Below the pieces are notes generated by a model. That model made no database searches and had not been told where the DNA came from. It was given only the letters and a program-made list of their open reading frames with translations. Shown here in pieces: positions 16,956 through 24,090 of a stretch of 26,507 nucleotides of DNA (position 1 is the first letter of the stretch; each line of letters opens with the position of its first letter). Source of the DNA: a virus (lineage: Duplodnaviria > Heunggongvirae > Uroviricota > Caudoviricetes); IMG/VR virus record IMGVR_UViG_3300011772_000022, positions 80,259 through 106,765 of that record. One strand, 5' to 3'. The position numbers and the translations under genes were made by a program.

Positions 16956-16997
16956 TTGTATATACCGTCCTTTTAATTTTATAGTTTGTTTTAAGGG

Positions 16998-17015
16998 GAA
17001 CCCCCGAAGGGGTTC
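16998..17015 (-). other. C(UUCG)G hairpin
   Basis: GAACCCC-TTCG-GGGGTTC just after the 17021 stop, no U tract. Confidence 0.55.
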
Positions 17016-17020
17016 GGATA

Positions 17021-17983
17021 TTAGAATTTTGGTGTAATTTCTTTATTCATTTCATGCGTAATTGCTTCCCAAATCCCAAGTACCTGATATACCTCAGTTG
17101 CAACCAATTCACCAACTAAAGATTGGAAATATTCACGACCACCTTTAGTTACAAAGTGGTGAATATCAGATTGAGCAACCGCTTTATGTTCAAGAGCCTT
17201 GTAAGCTACTAATTGTGGTGTCATATCCATTCCCGCACCATTGAATGCTATAAATTGTTCACCGTCATAATCCTTATCATAAACTGTGATTACATTTAAT
17301 CCACATTTTTCCGCCAATTCTTGATTAACATAACCGTTATATCGTCGAACATAATTAATCATGACTTCAGCCTGAACTTTTTCCAGTTCTGATACCTTTT
17401 CCTCCGCATCTTCGTCAGCCATTTCTTGTAACTCGTCTTCTGCATCATCCTGCGTTTCATGTCCTGTATCAGTGCCTTGAATATCCCCGCAATCATCTAC
17501 TACAGTGAAGAAAGGCTTAATTGCAACACCCTCTTCGAACTCGGATTCACCAAGACGTTGCACATATTCAAGTGCTTCATTTAAAGTATCATGTTGACCC
17601 CAAACTGAGTCTCCTTCGATATCCGTAACTACGTATTCTTTGTTTATATGATGTCTACGTTTGAACTCTTCTTCGAAGTGCTCCTTTGCTTCCCTCTCAT
17701 CATCAAACGTATTGCCTTCTGAATCCTTTAATTGGTCATACGTATTAACCTCATAGCAAGGTTCATCAGAATCCGTTTGAAATGCCACGTAACCCGAAAT
17801 ATCCAAGACATCTTTATCGAAAGTTGAAATTTGAATTTGTGCCTCTATATTGAATTCATTGTCTTTTAAAATTTGCGTTTCCACCTGCTCGAATGCTCTT
17901 TTAGTTACTTCATTTTGTACCGCCTCTGCATTCTTACCTAAGAAACCTTTAAATTGTGATAATGCTCTTTCAATGTTTTTCAT
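17021..17983 (-). CDS. Acidic hypothetical protein with internal repeats
   Basis: About 320 aa from ATG 17983; very D/E-rich centre; TACAAT and leader motif upstream. Confidence 0.75.
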   Translation of the reverse strand: MKNIERALSQFKGFLGKNAEAVQNEVTKRAFEQVETQILKDNEFNIEAQIQISTFDKDVLDISGYVAFQTDSDEPCYEVNTYDQLKDSEGNTFDDEREAKEHFEEEFKRRHHINKEYVVTDIEGDSVWGQHDTLNEALEYVQRLGESEFEEGVAIKPFFTVVDDCGDIQGTDTGHETQDDAEDELQEMADEDAEEKVSELEKVQAEVMINYVRRYNGYVNQELAEKCGLNVITVYDKDYDGEQFIAFNGAGMDMTPQLVAYKALEHKAVAQSDIHHFVTKGGREYFQSLVGELVATEVYQVLGIWEAITHEMNKEITPKF

Positions 17984-18154
17984 AGTCAATGACCTCCAAA
18001 TTTTATTTTGTGTGATTTCCTCTACACCCTTATTGTATCCCAGTCAGCCAAACTGAGGAAAAGGTGTTTTAGAATTGTGTGAGGCTTTAATCGCCTTCAT
18101 TCGATGAACTGTTACAGGCAATTCATCCAATGAAGAGGACTAGGTGCATCCTCT

Positions 18155-18490
18155 TTATAAGAACTTCGGTTTGTTCGGATTCCACTGTCGGGAGGCTTCT
18201 TCCGACCGTAACTTGGCAAAGAATTCCTCCACGTTCGGCGGTTCGACACCCGGCGTATATTCAACTGGCTTTCCATCGACTCTTTCAATTTCGATGTCCC
18301 AATAGTAGCGCCAATGCCCGTTATCCAATTTTCGTGGATAGCTCAAGTCAGTTGCATCAACCTTATATAAGTATTGTAATACGGCTTCGTCAACTGAGGT
18401 AGCGGTAATTGTTCGGTAATTAATTCGTTCCCAGTAGGGTTGCTCCATTACGCCACCCGTTAACATATTTAAAGTATAAGTTACATCCAT
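18155..18490 (-). CDS. Hypothetical protein
   Basis: 111 aa with RBS. Confidence 0.65.
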   Translation of the reverse strand: MDVTYTLNMLTGGVMEQPYWERINYRTITATSVDEAVLQYLYKVDATDLSYPRKLDNGHWRYYWDIEIERVDGKPVEYTPGVEPPNVEEFFAKLRSEEASRQWNPNKPKFL

Positions 18491-18493
18491 GAA

Positions 18494-18796
18494 CTATACA
18501 CCTTCTTTTACTAAGTAGTCAGGTGGTGTGAAGAAACCCTTACTTGCAGCTAGGTATTCTTCCTTTGTAATTCTTTCACAAGCATTTATATACCCTTCAT
18601 CGATACTGCCATGTTGCTCTGTTGGTGAATAGCATTCTAAATAATCTGCACCGATATTATGGATTGCAATATACACATCCGAAGCTGCGGTTTTGTCTCC
18701 ATTTATATCTACAAAGAATCCAAGCACTTTAAAACTGAAATCTTCCTGCCCGAGAACTTCCGGTGTTAAATCCCCACAAGGGTTTAAATTTAGCAT
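18494..18796 (-). CDS. Hypothetical phage protein
   Basis: 100 aa, AAGGAGG RBS. Confidence 0.65.
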   Translation of the reverse strand: MLNLNPCGDLTPEVLGQEDFSFKVLGFFVDINGDKTAASDVYIAIHNIGADYLECYSPTEQHGSIDEGYINACERITKEEYLAASKGFFTPPDYLVKEGV

Positions 18797-19137
18797 GTGT
18801 AACCCTCCTTATGAATCTCAATATTTAAAGTGAATTCATCCGGCGGTATGATGGTAACGTCTTCCCACTTCGATGTAACTCGGGATAGATGCGACATGAA
18901 ACGGTCAATCGTTGTATTCCGTGAGCATGGTTCCGAAAATGCTTTTCCACCAGTTCCCAAGCTCATCAACACGCAATAGTCACGAGTTTTAGTAACACCC
19001 ACTTCAGTATATGAACCAATCATATATACAATAGGTGGTGTACCTCCGTATTGTTTTACAAGAACCAATGAACCATTAACCAATTTCAATTTTGGAGACG
19101 TTTCCGCTCCTGCGTTTACATTTACTTTACGAGCCAT
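18790..19137 (-). CDS. Hypothetical protein
   Basis: 115 aa, GGAGG RBS, TATACT and leader motif upstream. Confidence 0.7.
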   Translation of the reverse strand: MARKVNVNAGAETSPKLKLVNGSLVLVKQYGGTPPIVYMIGSYTEVGVTKTRDYCVLMSLGTGGKAFSEPCSRNTTIDRFMSHLSRVTSKWEDVTIIPPDEFTLNIEIHKEGYTC

Positions 19138-19219
19138 GTTTATAACCTCCGATAAGTTTGTGTGATTACCTTATGCCTTAATAGTATACCGACCAGTGAA
19201 ACTATTGAATCGTTATTTG

Positions 19220-19885
19220 TTACAGAGTATAAGTCTTCGGCTCAACTTGACCGTCCTTCTTACCTCTAACTTGAGGTTGAATCCAAACCTCTTTACCAGA
19301 CTTGTATCTTCTAAAATGCCCACGTACTTGCCATGATTCAGCTTGCCTGTTGTAATCTCGTTTATCTTCCTTCTCTTCAACTGGGAAGTGAGTTGTATAC
19401 TTGTATCTGCCTATTTTCACCTTATGTCTTGAGCGGTGACTTTTCTTTTTCTTTTTCCCGCCTCTTGGCGTTTTGCTCATACGTTTGGTGTCATGTTCAT
19501 AATGAATCATATACGCCATCAAACTGTATACGGCGGTTGTAATATCAGTCGTCAAGTTAGCTTGTGCTTCTTTTGGGTAGGCGGACATGAGAATATCTGC
19601 CTTCCCGTGACCTTCAGGGGAGTTAACTGGCGTCCATACAATAACATGAACTGGAAAGCGGTCATTTTGCATAAGATTTATATTTGTTGAACCGCCTTTC
19701 AAATGCTCATATATAATAGAGTTACCATTAGGAAGCATTATTTTAGCCGTAGGGAGCGCAAAAACACCCTGCCTTACCAAATCCTTATTTTCATCTTTCC
19801 AGTCCATCAGGCGAAGAAACTCGGCATCTGATTGTATCTCTATTACATCTAAAGAATCTAGGTTTTTAACGTTGTCTAATTTCAT
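19220..19885 (-). CDS. Hypothetical phage protein with basic C-terminus
   Basis: 221 aa from ATG 19885; K/R-rich stretch and WQVRGHFRRYKSGKEVWIQP motif common in phage proteins. Confidence 0.7.
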   Translation of the reverse strand: MKLDNVKNLDSLDVIEIQSDAEFLRLMDWKDENKDLVRQGVFALPTAKIMLPNGNSIIYEHLKGGSTNINLMQNDRFPVHVIVWTPVNSPEGHGKADILMSAYPKEAQANLTTDITTAVYSLMAYMIHYEHDTKRMSKTPRGGKKKKKSHRSRHKVKIGRYKYTTHFPVEEKEDKRDYNRQAESWQVRGHFRRYKSGKEVWIQPQVRGKKDGQVEPKTYTL

Positions 19886-19897
19886 TTGTTCCACCTC

Positions 19898-19969
19898 TTA
19901 CAAAAATATAAATGCCAGTATTGATACAACAATGATAGCACGGATAAGGAAACGCATAATATATTGCAT
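19898..19969 (-). CDS. 23-aa single-TM peptide
   Basis: MQYIMRFLIRAIIVVSILAFIFL; AAGGGGTGG RBS, TAATG coupling, fills the gap exactly. Confidence 0.6.
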   Translation of the reverse strand: MQYIMRFLIRAIIVVSILAFIFL

Positions 19970-20418
19970 TATGCCACCCCTTCTTTACGGCGGTATGCCA
20001 TTGCCTCTGCTACATCGATTGTATAGAAGGCGCAGAAACTTCCGTCTGCTTCGTGATACCCACAATGTAACTTGCCGTTCAATCCGAGATTTTCATGAAC
20101 TGTTTTGTTAGCAATTGCCAAGCATTCGTCCATATAGTTTTCAAGTTCTTGTAAAATAGTACCAATATTATTAGAACTGATATCATCGGGTAAAATTGCA
20201 TCAAGATAATCTGCGATATACTCATATTGCTTTGTCCCCTCTTCATTGTATACAAGTGATTCGATAAAGATTTCAACTTCCTTTTCGCCTTTTCCATGTG
20301 CCCAACTAACATCTGCATCATGTAACACATTCATTTCAACGGCGTTGACGTAACACAAAACATTTGCATACATTTCCACAAATGATTCAGCCTTTACAAT
20401 AAATTTTACCTCTGACAT
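19969..20418 (-). CDS. Hypothetical acidic protein
   Basis: 149 aa from ATG 20418 behind GGAGG. Confidence 0.7.
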   Translation of the reverse strand: MSEVKFIVKAESFVEMYANVLCYVNAVEMNVLHDADVSWAHGKGEKEVEIFIESLVYNEEGTKQYEYIADYLDAILPDDISSNNIGTILQELENYMDECLAIANKTVHENLGLNGKLHCGYHEADGSFCAFYTIDVAEAMAYRRKEGVA

Positions 20419-20544
20419 AAAATCAGCCTCCAAAAATAATTTTCGTGTGAGTGTGTGAAGGTTTATTCCCTTCCTAGTAATAGGATATGATACCGCCTAG
20501 CACTAGGAAAGGAACAAATTTTGTTCCTCCCCCGCCAAAATTGA

Positions 20545-21456
20545 TTAAAAGTTTGTATATGGTTTAATCAATTTTAAGCATCTATGAATATGCGGATTGG
20601 TAGAAGCTAACTCTTCTAGCTCTTTCCAAGCAACTTGTGCCTCTCCCAACTGCTTATTCTCCTCTAATTTTGGCTCAATGAACCGTTCCCAACATTCCGG
20701 CGTTTTTAGGTAGTTGAATAAACCTACTTTGCAATTTTCAATATATGCCTTTATGTGTTGGATAGTACGAGCTAGGTTATCAAGTTCTAACATGATTTCT
20801 CTACTTTCAAGTGTAATACCATACAATTCAGAACTACGTTCTTCGCTATCAATCTCACCTTCTTGATAATTAACATGAACTTGGTCTGCTCGTGCCGTTA
20901 AATCTTCTAAATCGATTTCCCTTATACCATAGTCTATGTCAGTTTGAAGGACTAACCACCCACCTGATTTTCCCGCCGTATGATAATCATGGAATATTTT
21001 CCAATCCGCCATCGGGCTGAAATCAGTATAACGTTTGTCAAAGAGCGAACGTAACTCGTGTTCAAATATTTCCACATATGCCTGCCTAATTTCATCATCC
21101 GTTAATATGTTTTTAACGTTTGGTAGTACATCTGGTACCCAAGGCATTTTGATATCAAACTGTACATCTGTTGGTTGCATTGAGTGGTGCCCTGTAAAAT
21201 CCCTTATATGGTCAATTGATTCATCTATTGTATAAGCATCCACAACAATTAAGTCTTTCAGAGGAACTGTGATTTTTCCTTGTGGGAAGAAAACAGTTGC
21301 CGTCTGTTCTTCTTCATCCACTGAATGAGCGATAACAAAACCCGTTTCGTGTGGTGGTACATCAATGTAGTCAAGACGTGAAATCCTTTGTTCATTACGA
21401 ACCCAAGCCCTTACATTTCCTTCTTCTGCATTTCTAATATAATTTACTGATACCAT
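20545..21456 (-). CDS. Hypothetical protein
   Basis: 303 aa from ATG 21456 behind GGAGG; tracked 27-aa extension runs through the promoter. Confidence 0.7.
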   Translation of the reverse strand: MVSVNYIRNAEEGNVRAWVRNEQRISRLDYIDVPPHETGFVIAHSVDEEEQTATVFFPQGKITVPLKDLIVVDAYTIDESIDHIRDFTGHHSMQPTDVQFDIKMPWVPDVLPNVKNILTDDEIRQAYVEIFEHELRSLFDKRYTDFSPMADWKIFHDYHTAGKSGGWLVLQTDIDYGIREIDLEDLTARADQVHVNYQEGEIDSEERSSELYGITLESREIMLELDNLARTIQHIKAYIENCKVGLFNYLKTPECWERFIEPKLEENKQLGEAQVAWKELEELASTNPHIHRCLKLIKPYTNF

Positions 21457-21681
21457 CGTAACCCCTCCAAAATAATTTTCGTTGTGTGTGATTTTTGACC
21501 TGTTCTTTAGGTCTTCTTCATCATACCCAGTAGACACAAACTAGAGTATCAATTTTAATAAAGATTTTCAAACTATGTATGACCTCTAGAAGCCTTTGCG
21601 CCTTATAATAGAAGGAAACCGACAAACCCAGTCATATCAACGTTTTCAGCCGTATTTGTCGAGTTTCTTCTATATAAAAGA

Positions 21682-21762
21682 AAAAGAAGGATGTCGGCTA
21701 GGGTTCCTCTGGATATGCCATAACTGGCACTTGAGGTTCCTTTGACCTTACATCCTTCTTTT
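21682..21762. other. Nested stem-loop in non-coding island
   Basis: 13-bp perfect outer stem AAAAGAAGGATGT/ACATCCTTCTTTT enclosing CCTC/GAGG and TGCCA-TAAC-TGGCA. Confidence 0.6.
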
Positions 21763-21803
21763 GTTTAACTTGGTTGGTGGCTCAAAATGAAATTTTTATC
21801 GAT

Positions 21804-21920
21804 GATACTAGTATGCAATTTTTCGGGACACTATATGGCGGGGCGCCCTGTGGAGCCTGAGGTGCCTGCGCCCGACCTGAAAGTGAATTTTTTATGATGA
21901 TACTAGTGTCTAATTTTTGT
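21804..21920. repeat. Island motif GATGATACTAGT, copies 2 and 3
   Basis: GATACTAGT at 21804 and 21899, each after AATTTTT; copy 2 continues into GGGACACTATATGGCGGGG as at 10660. Confidence 0.7.
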
Positions 21921-22100
21921 GACCAACTAGCGGTAGCGGGAAGCGGATTGTGAGATGTACAGTCCACAAGATTGATAGTTCGAACATACCAGTTGAATAG
22001 TATCGAGTCCATTTAAGATGGATTGGCAGATACCATTTCGTAAACAAGAAAGAGATTATAAGTTGCAGCATAAATGTGAAAATCTCAATTCGTAGTTTCA

Positions 22101-22286
22101 TTATTCGTCCTCACCATCTAAAATCTCAGCGAATTTTTCTCTCTTTCCATATTCCAGAGCGCCATCTACGTAGTAAGCATAAGTAATTCCAGTAGCTCCA
22201 CCAGTAGATGATTTGATTTTAGCTTTTGAACCATCTTGTAAAATTACTTTCGTGCCGTTTGGAATGACTTTTTCGTTTTGATACAT
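22101..22286 (-). CDS. Hypothetical protein
   Basis: 61 aa from ATG 22286 behind AGGAG. Confidence 0.6.
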   Translation of the reverse strand: MYQNEKVIPNGTKVILQDGSKAKIKSSTGGATGITYAYYVDGALEYGKREKFAEILDGEDE

Positions 22287-22513
22287 GGTTTGTCTCCTAC
22301 CTTTCCAATTCTTGCTATCATTTGTCAAAAGATGTTGGTTATAATTCATCTTTTGTTCCTGTATAATTAATTAAGGGTTAATGTCCCTAACCGCCTGAAT
22401 TCAAAACAAGATTTTCTTCCCGATGTTCGGCTCCTATAAGAAATGGTCATTAAGCATCTCATCTCTCGACACCTTGACCAATTCTTACAGGAGCCTTTAT
22501 CTTTTTATGCGCC

Positions 22514-22679
22514 ACATGAACTCGAATATCAACTAGGTCACACATGAACTTGAGAATCAACTAGTCCTCTTTAATATTCCCGCTGCTGCAAAGCAAACAT
22601 GAATCCCAATAAGAACTACGATTTCAACTAAGTGCCTTGCCTTTACCTTAAATGGAACATGGACCCCATTTTCAACTAG
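22514..22679. repeat. ACATG-N11-CAACTAG bipartite repeats (4 copies)
   Basis: Starts at 22514, 22542, 22597 (GAACTAC variant), 22657. Confidence 0.7.
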
Positions 22680-22700
22680 GGAATCATAATCTTGTCTCAT

Positions 22701-23300
22701 TTATTTACCTCCGCCAAACAGTTGACTTAAAATGCCACCTGAACTTGGATTTGCTCCTTGTGCTTCTCCTGCTGCTCTAGCCGGATTACCCTTCACTTTG
22801 ATGCTGATTTCGTCTTGAGGTCCAGTCATTAAGTCTTTAAAGTCCTTCATTAGTTCCATCATTAGTTTCATTTCCTTCGATAAGTTGGCATCGATGTATC
22901 CACCCTCTGATTGTTCAATGAATCGACCAAACATAACCCGTTCCCCTTGCATGTTCAACATCATCTTTGTTAATTCTAAAAGGTCTTCCGGCTTCTCAAT
23001 GTTAACTGCGTTCTGGAAATAACAAGATGCGTTCTCCTTATAGTGTGGACATTTATCGATTAAATAACATTGGTCACATAACTTAGGCATTCCCAGTTGT
23101 TGCCCCATTACCGCCGGAGTATTAGGAGCCTGTTTTGCAGGTGCTCTTACTTCAGCCTGCACCAGTTCTGTCGTATTCTCTTCTCGGATATCCTTTTCTA
23201 ATTCCTTAATCTCAGTCCATTCAGCGGGAACGGAATTTTCACGTTTCTTATCACGTTCCGCCTCTTCTTTTGCTTCTTTATCTATCCAATCCATAGACAT
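22701..23300 (-). CDS. Cys4 plus helical-domain protein, candidate terminase small subunit
   Basis: 199 aa from ATG 23300; CDQC-x5-C-x8-C, helical core, C-terminal ISIKVKG strand and GGILSQLFGG tail; function inferred only. Confidence 0.45.
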   Translation of the reverse strand: MSMDWIDKEAKEEAERDKKRENSVPAEWTEIKELEKDIREENTTELVQAEVRAPAKQAPNTPAVMGQQLGMPKLCDQCYLIDKCPHYKENASCYFQNAVNIEKPEDLLELTKMMLNMQGERVMFGRFIEQSEGGYIDANLSKEMKLMMELMKDFKDLMTGPQDEISIKVKGNPARAAGEAQGANPSSGGILSQLFGGGK

Positions 23301-23307
23301 ACTAGCC

Positions 23308-23391
23308 ACCTCCAATCTTTAGTTTATTTAGCCTTTCTTTTGTTAGTTAAGAATCTTAACCTCATTCAGGTAAAGAATCTTTACCTCATAG
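23308..23391 (-). promoter_or_regulatory. Tandem-palindrome module, copy B
   Basis: GTTAAGAATCTTAAC (23346-23360), GTAAAGAATCTTTAC (23370-23384), leader ACCTCCAATCTTTAGTTT (23308-23325). Confidence 0.75.
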
Positions 23392-23655
23392 CTCAGGGTC
23401 TAACATATTCATATCATGTTCTTGGATATCTACAGGAACGACTTGATAAGCCATTTTGTTATAGTTCAGCACCTCAACTACAGATGAGAAATCGTCTTCT
23501 CGGATGTACAAAGGTACCACTAATGGTGTATCCTCGTAATTTATCATGAGGTTTAACTTCATAATGTTTTCACCCGGCTCAATTGCTAACGAAAAGAACT
23601 GTTGGTCGAAAATTCCTCCATAACCGTTCTCGAACATATTTCCCATTCTACTCAT
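23386..23655 (-). CDS. Hypothetical protein
   Basis: About 89 aa from ATG 23655, overlapping the upstream stop. Confidence 0.55.
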   Translation of the reverse strand: MSRMGNMFENGYGGIFDQQFFSLAIEPGENIMKLNLMINYEDTPLVVPLYIREDDFSSVVEVLNYNKMAYQVVPVDIQEHDMNMLDPEL

Positions 23656-23872
23656 CCTTTCCATCTCCTGAATTAAATAACTCTTCAAACATAGCTAGAT
23701 GTGTAACCATCTTTACATCTTCACCTTGCTTTTTGATTAATATTTTGTAAATGACTGCATTATGGAATGCCTGCCATACCATTAACCGTAAAGAGCGTAA
23801 ATCCTTAGCGAAAGCAGCGAACACATGATGTGACTGAGGTATCTCAATTACCATCCAGTAAGAGCTAGTCAT
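23648..23872 (-). CDS. Hypothetical protein
   Basis: 74 aa, start overlaps upstream stop. Confidence 0.5.
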   Translation of the reverse strand: MTSSYWMVIEIPQSHHVFAAFAKDLRSLRLMVWQAFHNAVIYKILIKKQGEDVKMVTHLAMFEELFNSGDGKDE

Positions 23873-24080
23873 TTTTGATATCCTTCAGTGCTCTGAACCG
23901 TGGTACGATTTCACCGTCATGGTCTAAATGTCCGAAGAATCGTTCAGATGGTTGGTCATAGATTTGACCGTCAGAATCGTCCAAGCAAGTATAAATTGCT
24001 CGTTTGATACCTGTTTCCGTGTCTAGTGCGATGTGTAAAACTCGATAGCGTTTCTTATTTCCGTAATGTACATAAATCAT
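23865..24080 (-). CDS. DUF1653-like protein
   Basis: YVHYGNKKRYRVLHIALDTET...AIY...QPSERFFG...RF pattern; start uncertain, ATG 24080 avoids overlap with dpdA. Confidence 0.6.
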   Translation of the reverse strand: MIYVHYGNKKRYRVLHIALDTETGIKRAIYTCLDDSDGQIYDQPSERFFGHLDHDGEIVPRFRALKDIKND

Positions 24081-24090
24081 TGGGTCTATC

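Noticed and set aside
16958-16965. Extra GTATATAC box before the exported-protein start (also 8997)
   Set aside because: Single copies are expected by chance in AT-rich DNA; only the phased array is persuasive.
22514-22679. CRISPR mini-array reading of island repeats
   Set aside because: Units short, bipartite, irregularly spaced, no uniform spacers, no cas genes.
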